Assembly (NCBI GenBank): GCA_037190965.1
Contig: JBBCKI010000003.1
Span: 1 to 64,000, forward strand
Source: Chthoniobacteraceae bacterium
Lineage (GTDB): Bacteria; Verrucomicrobiota; Verrucomicrobiia; Chthoniobacterales; Chthoniobacteraceae
Reading direction: 5' to 3'
Length of the DNA stretch: 64,000 nucleotides
How positions within the stretch are numbered: the stretch's first letter is position 1; the number at the start of each line of letters is the position of its first letter. The notes beneath the pieces were generated by a model, which made no database searches, was not told the origin of the DNA, and was given only the letters and a program-made list of their open reading frames with translations. A program made the position numbers and the translations under genes. Below, piece by piece: positions 19,301 to 28,759 of this stretch.

Positions 19301-22300
19301 GGGTCAATACTCTTTCTGATTTCGGCGGCGAGGGCGGGGTCGAGCTTGGCTAGAGAATCACAGGTCTCGGAAGCAAGATCCTTCTCGCCCGCCTTGGCAT
19401 AGGCATTGGCAAGGTTGACGAAAGCCCTCGTGTAACTCGGCTGAGCTTTAATGCACTTCTTGAAGAGATCGATGGCTTCGCCGGTTTTACCGGTGAGCAG
19501 AAGCGTATAACCAAGATTATTCAATGCGTCGGCGCTTTGAGGATCGATCTCCAGCGCGGCATTGAAAGCCTCCATCGCCTTCCCGGATTCTCCCAGGTGA
19601 CCGTTCGCAACCCCCAATTCAATCCAGGCGCCCGCATGACGTGAGTTCAGGTCGATGGACTTCTTGAGCGAGGAAAGGCCGGCCGTTGGCATCCCGGAAG
19701 CATTCTGCAGATGACCAAGGATATACCATCCCGCCGAGGTATTGGGATGCTCTTTGAGGAGTTCCTTGATTTTCGTCTCCGCCCCCAACCGATCGTTCTG
19801 TTGTTGATAAAGATCCTGTAGACGCGTCCAGGCCGCCTCATTTTCCGGCATGCACCGGATGGAAGCGACAGATGCTTCGATCGCCTCGGGAAACTCCCGG
19901 CGTTTCTCATGACAAAGAGACCGGCAGATCCAGAAAATGCCAACGTTTGGGCTCAGCTCAGTAGCCTTCAGATTCATCTCGAGCGATTCATCGACGCGGT
20001 CGGCTTTGAGAAGGGCAAACCCCAGCATGCCATAAGAAGTTCCGCTTCCGGGGTCAGCCTTCACCGCGTTGCGCCCTATATCAATCGCTTCGTCATGCCG
20101 CCCCAGCATGCCATAGACAGTCACCAACTCCGTCTGAAGCTCAACACTCCGTGGCTCTTCCTTCAAGGCTTGCTGGAGCACCAGCAGCGCCTCGTCAAAC
20201 CTGCGCTGCTGGTTCAACGCCTGCGCCTTTTCGACGACTTGCTTGATGGCAAGAGGGGTCTCTATGACCGACGGAGACGGGGCGGCCTTCGCCATGGAAG
20301 GCTCTTCCGCATTCTTGTGAGGCTTCAGTGTCAACCGGGAATGCCAGCGGTCCAGAATCTCGCCCAGAGCGACGGCATCAGCGGCTGAATATTTCTCCTT
20401 GGGGGCGAGAATCTCGACCGTGACCAGGCATCCGTTGAAAAGCGCGGTATCTCTAAGCACGACAACCTCCCTGCCATATTCGTTCTTGTCGGCAATTCCG
20501 GTGCGAGCCCAGTGATTCCCCTTATTGTCGACGACTTCCGTTCTCACAAAACACCGCGGATCATTCTGGAAGAATGCCAGTTGATCCCTGATGAGATCCG
20601 AAGGTTTCTCGGGAGGGTTCGGAAATGCCCACGGAGGAAACGCGGCAATGTTCGCGGTCCATCCGGCGGGATCCGAAATGCCAATCCCTTCGGCGGCCGA
20701 GGTCGCCGTCTTCCGGATGGGAGTAATCATCGCCTCGCCGATATCCTTGAAACTGACGGAAAATAGATTCTCCGGGTGATGATAGTCCGAAGGAGTTTTC
20801 ACGAACGGTGTCGCCACCCTCGCAGGCACCGCCGGCCTTTGAGAGGCCTCTACCGCCGCCATAAAGAAAATCGCTCCCATCGAAAGAGGGATCGCGGAGT
20901 TTCCCAGCAAAGAAATCACCAAGGCGGCACTCCATTTTTCGCCCTCCCGCAACGCCTGGACGATACAAATGATCCCGGCGATCCCAGCCAGCATGCACCC
21001 CAGAAGACCAATGCCTCCAAGAGCAGCGCTCAAGCCGGAACCGCCATGATTGCTCATCGCCCCAATCCCCACCAGCAAAGCCACTGGAGCCGCAATGGTG
21101 GCGAAACTCCACCGCGCCCAGTGAGTCTGGGGCAGCTTAACCCCGGCGTCAGGCCGGCCGAACCGGGGAAAGGAGAACCGCGAGTAGGAGACCCCGGCTT
21201 TGCCTAGTCTTTTGACCAGATGGATCAGCAGCGAATGCAGAATGACGTCATTGGTGGTGTTGGTTCCATCGGTCGCGCGCAGCCGCCGGACGCTCTTCTT
21301 CCAAGTCGCCCGGACTTGATCCTCAGGCGTGGACTGGATCTCGGCGACGGCACCGACCACGTCGCGAAGCGCTTTCTCCCACGGAAAAAGTTCCGTAGCA
21401 TCCACGAGGGCGAGATTCCTGTGAGCCTCCTCGAATTCATCTTTCAGGCTGAACTCCAAGGCCACCAAAAGCCGATGGAAAGGAAGGGAATTATCGCGGG
21501 TCGCCTTCGCTAGAGCCGTGCGGCTGATTTCAAAGGCTTCATCCAATTCGCCTGCGGAAAGGGCGCCTGCGGCGGCAGCGCGAAGCGTCCATGGGGTGAC
21601 GCCGGGGTGGTCCCGCCAATCCCGCATCCAGTTCCACGCTACCCGGGGCCTCCAGCCAACCATGCAATCGCCAAGCTGTCCCCATAATTGCTCGTCCGCC
21701 TTGCTTTCCGGGGTCATCAAGCGCTTGGCCAGTTCCCGATTGTTAACCTGCTCCAGGCGCAGCAGATAGTGACCGATCGCCTCTCGGCGTGCGCCATTCT
21801 CCGCAGGCAGGGCAAGGAGTCGCTTTGCGATATACCATTTCCCGGTGAGGATGCGCTCCTCTGCCCATCGAACGGCAGCGGCAGGTTGCAAGCCAGGCTG
21901 GCGGACAGCCTCCTCCAAAGCCTTGATAAATAGCTTCCCGAAACCGAGTTCATGGCAGCAGTCCCTGAGGTAACCGAGCAACTCAGCAGAGAGCCCCTCC
22001 ATCGAACAAAGATCCTGGATAAGCGGTGCCGCTTCCTTTTTCTGCTTTTGTTTAAGATGAAGAAGAATCCGGACCGCCTGCATCGAGGGAGGAGGAAGGC
22101 CGGCGCTCGAAGTCTCGATCACCTTTTGCACCTCGCCCACGGTTCCGAACAGAACCAACCGCCTGATGAGGAGCAGCACACCGGCGGTGTACATCGGATC
22201 CCGGGAAATTGCCTCCCGAAGCAATTGAGTCGCCTTGGTCTTATTGCCAAGCCGCTCCTCGATGGTTGACCAGTTCTGCCACGCCTGCCCATTCTCAGGC

Positions 22301-25300
22301 TGGAGCTCTGCGGCCCGTTTCGCCGCGCGTCGAGCCTCGGCGATCTGTCCGTTGTTGTAATACCACTCGGCAAGCCTCTCGAACCCCCAGGCATAAGCGG
22401 GATCCCGCTTCACGGCAGCGCGCATCCGCTCAATCGCTTCGGAATTCCGTCCCCGAATCGCCTCGATCCATGCGGCCTGTCCTTTCAGGAAAACAGGCGG
22501 ATAATTCCCCAGAGCCTTGGCATTGCAAGTTTCCAACGCTTCTTCATAGCGTTTCTGAACTGCCAGCAATTCGCTTAAAAGAAGATAGGCGTCGGCCAAT
22601 CGGGGCCGTACATGCAGCAACGCGCGGACCCTCGCTTCCGCCTTCTCGAAAAAGCCCGCGTCTTTCAATGCCCGCGCATAGGTCAAAGAAACAACCGCAT
22701 CCCCCGACCGGGTTTCAGCCAGTTCCCCCAGAAACTCGACCAGATGTTCGGAACGCCCCTTTTCCGCGCACCAGGCGGCGTATTGCCCCCACGCCCACTG
22801 CATTTCGGGCGAGCGCCGCAAAGCGTCGCTCATCCGTGCAAACGCATCGTCGCAGGAGCCCTTGCGCCAAAGAATTCCCGCCAGGACAGCCTGAAGGACG
22901 GCGCTGGAAGGGTTCCTGCGAACAGCCTCGGTCAAAAGCGTGACGGCATCGTCGCCGCGCCCCTGCCGCTCCCGAAGCCAGCCAAGGCGCGCCCACCCGT
23001 CCCAGGCAGCGGGGTTGAGATCGATCGCTCGCTTCAAAGAATCCGCCGAGGCGTCGAGCTTGCCCGCGCGATCCTGAACGATGGCGAGGTCCATCCACGC
23101 AGGCGCGAGAAGCCCAAAGCGATCCCGGGCTTCCTCCGCCAGTTCCAATGCATGGACAATCTGTTGCCCCCGGAGGGCTAGCCGTACCGAACAATTCCAG
23201 AGGGGCCAACAATTGGCGCGTCTTGCCCGAAACGCGGCAAGCTTGTCGCTCATCTCCTGAGCGGAAAGCATGTTCACTCCGAAGTCGAACCACGCATAAA
23301 GTCCGGCTTCGAGGAAGAGCTGTGTGTTGAGTTGTTCCTCGATGAACTCCGCAACGATTTGCCTTTGATTGGCATCGGCAGCCAGCCCGTAAAGCTCCCG
23401 GATCGCCAGCTCATTATCGACACTCAACCGGATCGCCGTCTTGTAGGCCTCCCGGGCGTCCGTCGCATGGCCGGTCTCTTCGTAAACCTTGCCAAGCCAA
23501 GACCATGCGAGGCTGGAGTGAGGATTGGCCGCGCATCGCTCCTTCGCCTCGGAGAGCGCCTCGCCGCTTCGCCCCAGGGACAGGACAATGCGGATCAACT
23601 CGGCGCGGGCCGGAATTGAGCGAGGTTCGAGCCGCACCCACGCGCGGACATACGGCTCTGCAAACGCATCGCCCAATTCCAGGGAAGCTCCCGCCAGTTG
23701 CTCCGCAAACCCGACATGGAAGGGAAACGCCTCGACCTTTGCCTTACAATACTCGACGGCGGCAGCCGGTCCCTCCAGGGCGTTGATCAACCGCACGTGC
23801 TGCGCATGAGCATCACGAGAGAGCGGCTCCAGACGGGCGATCTCCGCCCAATAATTCCTCTCCCCTTCAATATCTCCTTCAAAAGCAGCCAGGCTGGCGG
23901 CCGTTCGCAGCCAGTAGCTCGGCTTTGCGAACTCTTTCGCAGCCTCAAGCAAACGATGCCCCTCCTCGCGCTCCCCTGCAATCGTCCGTTCATACGCGGC
24001 GAACGCCAGCAGGTTTCCGTCCTCAGACCGCAACTGCACGGCCTCGGCCAGCACCTCGAAGGCCTGGCGATCCTCGTAAATACTCCGCAGGACGGAGTAA
24101 AGAGTTTGCCCGGGATCCGACGACTTCGCACCGTAAGCCCGGAACCGCTCGCGGAGCGTTTCCAGCGCTTCTTCCCGACCGGCGGTGCCCGCAGCCTGAA
24201 AATAATCCCAGGCATAAAGTTCGACTTTATCGGCGCTCGTGGTGGCAAATTTGAACAGCTCCAACGCCTTCTCGTGCTGTTGGCGCATCCAAAGCTGCCG
24301 GCCCCAAAAGGAGAGCGCGCCCGACCCGCCCGGCACCATGGCGTGATACCGCCGGAACAGACGCCGGACCTCCGGAAAGTTCGCTTCATCCAGCGAAAGC
24401 TCCCCTGCCAGCGTCAGCAAAAACGAGGAATCCCAAGCCGACCGCCCCTCGACGGGAGCCTCCCATCGGGCGGCTCCCCGAAGCGAGTCCAACCGATTGC
24501 TCTGGTCCGAGAAATTCCGCTCGGCCTCCATCCGCGCGGCCGTCAAAAACGGATGCTTGAACCCCTCCTTCTCCATTGCCTCCAGGCAACGCAGCCGGTC
24601 GAGTTCGTTGGCATCATAATCCGCCAGAGCCAGCCGGGCGCCATACAGCAAAAAGGAAGGACATGACTCGCCCGCCATCGCATCGAATTCCTCCTTTGCC
24701 TGCCCCCGGTCATTGCGGGCAAGGGCAAGGTTGAAACGGTGAAAACCGTCGAACCCGCGTTGGACCTCAAGGTCCAATCCATCAAGCCGCTGCGATTCGG
24801 CCGGAGGCAGGACCAGCATTCCTCGCGGGCCAAAGACCTCATAGCGGGCAAGAAATTCCTGGGCGGGAACCCGGCGGTGATGCCGGAAATTGGGATCCCG
24901 GATCAGCAGCGTTTTCCAAAGCGCGTCATACCCTTCGACCACCTGTGCGTGGCCGCTGCCGACTTCCATTGTGGCCAGAAGAAAGGGAATCCCCCGATCG
25001 ATCAGTGCCCGACAATTCTCCCACGTCACCCGAAATTCGCGAACAAGCCACCCCCGTTCTTCCACCCACTGGCGCAGCCCGTGCATCTGGGTGCCGCCGT
25101 AACAAACCGCCTCGGCAATCTGGTCATGCGTCACATCCCAGTTCCAGTAGGCGGCGAGGCTTGCGAGAGACGCCGGGGCGCAGGTGTCGTTGTCCTGACG
25201 CACAAAGGGGACCGGCCATTTCACGCGCTTGGCACCCTCTTCGGGCGTGCGCAGGCGAGGCGCGACAAAGCCGTACAAAGTGCCGCCCACTTTTTCAGCA

Positions 25301-26178
25301 TACTCGGCGGCGCGGGAAAATTCCCCCAGGCCATACCAGGCGTCGGTCCTCCTTGCGTCCAACCATTCCATCAACGGCTTTTCCACCCAGGGCAAACGGC
25401 TTTGCGCCTGATCGCACAACTCGGGAATGACGGCAAACTTCTCGCGCTCATCCAAAGCCGTGATCCATTGGAGAAGGATCGCGCCGCTCTCGGTCTGTTC
25501 CGAGGCGCAGCGGAACAACTCTTCCGCTTCATCGTCCCGGTTTGCCATCAAAAACAGACTGGCGGCCTGTTGCACGGCGGACCGATTCCAGGGATGCAGA
25601 TCGAGGGCCTTCCGTACCGCGACCAGAGCACCCTCCCGGTCGTCAAGATACTCAAGGGCCAATGATTGCTCCGTCCATACCCACGCCGGGTCTGCCTCAA
25701 AATCATGGGCCTTCCGAAAGAAACTGAGCGCCGCCGACCGATCCTTGAAGAAAGCGCAGATCCGCCCCCGCAGGGCATTGACGGAGGCGCGGGTTGAATC
25801 CGACGCACCGGGGAGCGTTTCGAAATCCCGGAGAAGCTCCCATGCCGCCCACGGTCCCTTGCTGCCGAAACAGTCGCAGGCCCGAAAATATCGCGCCTCG
25901 GGAAGGTTCGGCTGGCTCCGATAAGAAGAAGCGATCAGCGCTGAAGCAAGCCGCGGAGCGCCAAGATTCCCGGCCAACCGCCCGCCGAAAATCCGTGCCG
26001 CCGTTCCTTTCCACTGCCTGGGACTCCCCCATTCCTTAAGAGCCTCCGCCGATTGCAGGTAGAGCCCTTGATCATAGAGCCGCTCCGCTGCTGCCAGGGC
26101 TTCTGCCGGGATTGGAATTAGTGACTTGAGATCAGACATGCTCTTTGTCTTCCGTGAGGTTTGGAATACAGGGGTCAT
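19297..26178 (-). CDS. Giant TPR protein with C39-like cysteine peptidase domain, three TM helices and a C-terminal TPR domain
   Basis: VPFVRQDNDTCAPASL (Q..C), GHAQVVEGYD (H), IRDPN (D); many TPR-like helical repeats; hydrophobic helices near 20850-21120. Alternative start 26139. Confidence 0.8.
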   Translation of the reverse strand: MTPVFQTSRKTKSMSDLKSLIPIPAEALAAAERLYDQGLYLQSAEALKEWGSPRQWKGTAARIFGGRLAGNLGAPRLASALIASSYRSQPNLPEARYFRACDCFGSKGPWAAWELLRDFETLPGASDSTRASVNALRGRICAFFKDRSAALSFFRKAHDFEADPAWVWTEQSLALEYLDDREGALVAVRKALDLHPWNRSAVQQAASLFLMANRDDEAEELFRCASEQTESGAILLQWITALDEREKFAVIPELCDQAQSRLPWVEKPLMEWLDARRTDAWYGLGEFSRAAEYAEKVGGTLYGFVAPRLRTPEEGAKRVKWPVPFVRQDNDTCAPASLASLAAYWNWDVTHDQIAEAVCYGGTQMHGLRQWVEERGWLVREFRVTWENCRALIDRGIPFLLATMEVGSGHAQVVEGYDALWKTLLIRDPNFRHHRRVPAQEFLARYEVFGPRGMLVLPPAESQRLDGLDLEVQRGFDGFHRFNLALARNDRGQAKEEFDAMAGESCPSFLLYGARLALADYDANELDRLRCLEAMEKEGFKHPFLTAARMEAERNFSDQSNRLDSLRGAARWEAPVEGRSAWDSSFLLTLAGELSLDEANFPEVRRLFRRYHAMVPGGSGALSFWGRQLWMRQQHEKALELFKFATTSADKVELYAWDYFQAAGTAGREEALETLRERFRAYGAKSSDPGQTLYSVLRSIYEDRQAFEVLAEAVQLRSEDGNLLAFAAYERTIAGEREEGHRLLEAAKEFAKPSYWLRTAASLAAFEGDIEGERNYWAEIARLEPLSRDAHAQHVRLINALEGPAAAVEYCKAKVEAFPFHVGFAEQLAGASLELGDAFAEPYVRAWVRLEPRSIPARAELIRIVLSLGRSGEALSEAKERCAANPHSSLAWSWLGKVYEETGHATDAREAYKTAIRLSVDNELAIRELYGLAADANQRQIVAEFIEEQLNTQLFLEAGLYAWFDFGVNMLSAQEMSDKLAAFRARRANCWPLWNCSVRLALRGQQIVHALELAEEARDRFGLLAPAWMDLAIVQDRAGKLDASADSLKRAIDLNPAAWDGWARLGWLRERQGRGDDAVTLLTEAVRRNPSSAVLQAVLAGILWRKGSCDDAFARMSDALRRSPEMQWAWGQYAAWCAEKGRSEHLVEFLGELAETRSGDAVVSLTYARALKDAGFFEKAEARVRALLHVRPRLADAYLLLSELLAVQKRYEEALETCNAKALGNYPPVFLKGQAAWIEAIRGRNSEAIERMRAAVKRDPAYAWGFERLAEWYYNNGQIAEARRAAKRAAELQPENGQAWQNWSTIEERLGNKTKATQLLREAISRDPMYTAGVLLLIRRLVLFGTVGEVQKVIETSSAGLPPPSMQAVRILLHLKQKQKKEAAPLIQDLCSMEGLSAELLGYLRDCCHELGFGKLFIKALEEAVRQPGLQPAAAVRWAEERILTGKWYIAKRLLALPAENGARREAIGHYLLRLEQVNNRELAKRLMTPESKADEQLWGQLGDCMVGWRPRVAWNWMRDWRDHPGVTPWTLRAAAAGALSAGELDEAFEISRTALAKATRDNSLPFHRLLVALEFSLKDEFEEAHRNLALVDATELFPWEKALRDVVGAVAEIQSTPEDQVRATWKKSVRRLRATDGTNTTNDVILHSLLIHLVKRLGKAGVSYSRFSFPRFGRPDAGVKLPQTHWARWSFATIAAPVALLVGIGAMSNHGGSGLSAALGGIGLLGCMLAGIAGIICIVQALREGEKWSAALVISLLGNSAIPLSMGAIFFMAAVEASQRPAVPARVATPFVKTPSDYHHPENLFSVSFKDIGEAMITPIRKTATSAAEGIGISDPAGWTANIAAFPPWAFPNPPEKPSDLIRDQLAFFQNDPRCFVRTEVVDNKGNHWARTGIADKNEYGREVVVLRDTALFNGCLVTVEILAPKEKYSAADAVALGEILDRWHSRLTLKPHKNAEEPSMAKAAPSPSVIETPLAIKQVVEKAQALNQQRRFDEALLVLQQALKEEPRSVELQTELVTVYGMLGRHDEAIDIGRNAVKADPGSGTSYGMLGFALLKADRVDESLEMNLKATELSPNVGIFWICRSLCHEKRREFPEAIEASVASIRCMPENEAAWTRLQDLYQQQNDRLGAETKIKELLKEHPNTSAGWYILGHLQNASGMPTAGLSSLKKSIDLNSRHAGAWIELGVANGHLGESGKAMEAFNAALEIDPQSADALNNLGYTLLLTGKTGEAIDLFKKCIKAQPSYTRAFVNLANAYAKAGEKDLASETCDSLAKLDPALAAEIRKSIDP

Positions 26179-26395
26179 ATTGAGCGCCCCCCGTTTTCGG
26201 TCAAGACCGGGCGTGAGGCAAAATTGCCTTTTTATAGCGTTTCTCGAAAATAATCTCCGAAAGGCAATGGGAGCGCCGCGCCAGAGGCCGCGCCGCCCCA
26301 GTGCCGCCGAAAATGATTTTTGAGAGACGATCTAACATCCGGGAAGGGTTCCAATGCCGATGCGACAGGCACATCGACTTAACCCTCTTCTCGCC

Positions 26396-27328
26396 ATGTT
26401 CCTACGCATCGACAAACTTCCCGTTGAACTCCCCGTCTCTCCCGAGGTGGACCCGATCGCCGCCAAAAACGTCCAGGAACTCCTGGGCGGAAGGTTTGGC
26501 GAGATGTCCACACTGATGAACTACACCTACCAGTCGTTCAACATGCGCGGACGCGACAAGATCCGCCCCTACTATTCATTGATCTCAAACATCGCGGCGG
26601 AAGAAGGCGGCCATATTGAAATTGTCTCAGCCGCCATCAATTCATGCCTGAACGGCCCGCGCACCGGTTTTGATGACTCGGAGAATCCTGCGGACGCCCC
26701 GCTGGGCGATTTGCCGGGTGGCACGTTTGGAGGGCACTATATTGCCGCCGCGCAGACAGCGCTGCCGGTCGACTCGCGAGGGATGCCCTGGACGGGAGAT
26801 TACGTTTTCTCCTCGGGAAACCTGATCCTCGACCTGTTGCACAACTTCTTTCTGGAAAACGGCGCGCGCACCCAGAAGCTGCGGGTCTACGAAATGACCA
26901 AGAACCCCGCGGCGCGGATGATGCTCGGGTATCTTTTCGTACGCGGCGGCGTTCATGCCCTCGCCTACGCCAAGGCCCTGGAATCGCTCACGGGCGTCGA
27001 CATGGGCAAAATGCTCCCCATCCCCAACATCGCCAACAAGACCTTCCCCGAGGCCCGCAAATTCATGGAGCAGGGCTCGCACCTCAAGCTCTACAAATTC
27101 TCCCCCAATGACTACCGGGACGCGGGCACAATCTGGACCGGCACGGCTCCGGAAGCCTACACAGAAGGCCTCGGGGGAGGCCGCGAACTGGAATTCATCG
27201 ATGCGCCCCCCTCCGGAGCCGATCTCGCAAATCTCGCGGGAATCGCGGCCAGTTTCGCCCCCAACTATGCGCCGGAGGAAATCTTCGAAATCGCCTCCAA
27301 ACTCTACGAAAAGGCGAAGGGAAAATAA
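26396..27328 (+). CDS. Manganese catalase family protein
   Basis: QELLGGRFGEMS, EEGGHIE and RGGVHALAY dimanganese ligand motifs. Confidence 0.92.
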   Translation: MFLRIDKLPVELPVSPEVDPIAAKNVQELLGGRFGEMSTLMNYTYQSFNMRGRDKIRPYYSLISNIAAEEGGHIEIVSAAINSCLNGPRTGFDDSENPADAPLGDLPGGTFGGHYIAAAQTALPVDSRGMPWTGDYVFSSGNLILDLLHNFFLENGARTQKLRVYEMTKNPAARMMLGYLFVRGGVHALAYAKALESLTGVDMGKMLPIPNIANKTFPEARKFMEQGSHLKLYKFSPNDYRDAGTIWTGTAPEAYTEGLGGGRELEFIDAPPSGADLANLAGIAASFAPNYAPEEIFEIASKLYEKAKGK

Positions 27329-27341
27329 GCAGCCCTGCCGC

Positions 27342-27704
27342 CTACTTCTGGAAGAGCATCCTCACGCCCACGACGATCATCAACACGGCAAAAATGCGGG
27401 TGAGCGTCTGATTGCTCAAAACTTTCAAGAGATCCGCGGCAAACCAGGCCACGGCTCCGCCCACCACCGCGCACGAGATTGCCACCGGCCAGTTCACCAG
27501 AGAATTCGCGTTGTTCTTGATCGTGGCGCAGATGGAAATGAGAATGATCGCCGTCAGTGACGTAGCGACAGCCTCCTTCTGCGCCAGCCCAAGCAACATG
27601 ACGAATGCGGGAACCATGATGATCCCGCCTCCAACGCCGCACACCGCCGCAATCACCCCGGCCACCAAGCCGACGAGAGCCGAGAGCAAAACAAGATCAA
27701 GCAT
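27342..27704 (-). CDS. Short TauE/SafE (TSUP) family membrane protein
   Basis: GVGGGIIMVP, AVATSL; about four TM helices. Confidence 0.8.
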   Translation of the reverse strand: MLDLVLLSALVGLVAGVIAAVCGVGGGIIMVPAFVMLLGLAQKEAVATSLTAIILISICATIKNNANSLVNWPVAISCAVVGGAVAWFAADLLKVLSNQTLTRIFAVLMIVVGVRMLFQK

Positions 27705-27713
27705 GGCACTAAT

Positions 27714-28553
27714 TTACGCGGACGGGGTGTCTAGGAAATTCTGCTCTCTGAGCCAGTACAGGCACGCTTGCGTCCAAGGGTGCGGTTTCCCGGGGTTGAA
27801 GGCGTCTTCGCCGAGGCCAATTCCGTGACGGCCGGTCTTGTAGACATGGAGATCGAAGGGCACCCCGCAATCGCGTAGCGCCCGGGCAAATGCCATGGAA
27901 TCGTCCACCATGACGACCGGGTCTTCCCACGTGTGAAACAGGAAGCAAGGGGGCGTCTCGCGGGTCACCTGCTTTTCATTGGAAAGCAGATCCACCAGTT
28001 CCGGAGAGGGGCTGTCGTCCAGCAGGTTCCGGCGCGAGCCCGCATGGCAGCTTGAGCCCATGGTGATGACCGGATAGCAAAGGATCCCCAAATCGGGACG
28101 GCTGCTCACTCGCTCCACGGGATCGGCGGAGTCCGGCTGACCGCAGTCGAAGTGTGTCAGCAAAGTCGAGGCAAGGTGCCCGCCCGCCGACGAGCCGATG
28201 ACGCCGATCCGCGTGGGATCGAGCCCCCACTCCGCCGCGTTTGCGCGAACGGTCCTGAGCGCCCTCGCGGCATCCCAAAGCATGACCGGATGGCGATAAC
28301 CTTGCGAGCCAAGCCGGTACTTCACCACAAATGCGGCGATCCCGTTCCCATTAAGCCACTTTGCGTACCCCTCCCCCTCATGGGCGGCAAGGTGCCCGTA
28401 GCCCCCTCCGGGGAAAACCACGATGCTTGCCCCGGTTGCCGTCCCCGGAACCGGCAGATAGGCCGTCAGTGTTGGAATATCGGAATCCGAGTCGCCAAGA
28501 GCGCCCGGGGCCTTGCCAGTCCAAAGAGGAGTCTCAACAGGAGCGAAATCCAT
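27714..28553 (-). CDS. Alpha/beta hydrolase (carbohydrate esterase-like)
   Basis: PGGGY oxyanion hole, GSSAGG nucleophile, D..V and GRHG catalytic His. Confidence 0.9.
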   Translation of the reverse strand: MDFAPVETPLWTGKAPGALGDSDSDIPTLTAYLPVPGTATGASIVVFPGGGYGHLAAHEGEGYAKWLNGNGIAAFVVKYRLGSQGYRHPVMLWDAARALRTVRANAAEWGLDPTRIGVIGSSAGGHLASTLLTHFDCGQPDSADPVERVSSRPDLGILCYPVITMGSSCHAGSRRNLLDDSPSPELVDLLSNEKQVTRETPPCFLFHTWEDPVVMVDDSMAFARALRDCGVPFDLHVYKTGRHGIGLGEDAFNPGKPHPWTQACLYWLREQNFLDTPSA

Positions 28554-28759
28554 GGACTCATTGAAGCGAAAAGTTCCACCCTTCGCCAGCGATATCTTGA
28601 TAGGAGGCGTAGCCCAACCCCGATTTTCCAGTGATGCCGCGAACCGTCATCATGAGGGGGATCTGTAGCCAGTAGCCATGGACACCCAATCCTCTCCCCC
28701 CGATGAAGACGCCCGCCATTGAACAGCCAAACGACAGGCCGGCCGTGGCCCTGCCCTCA

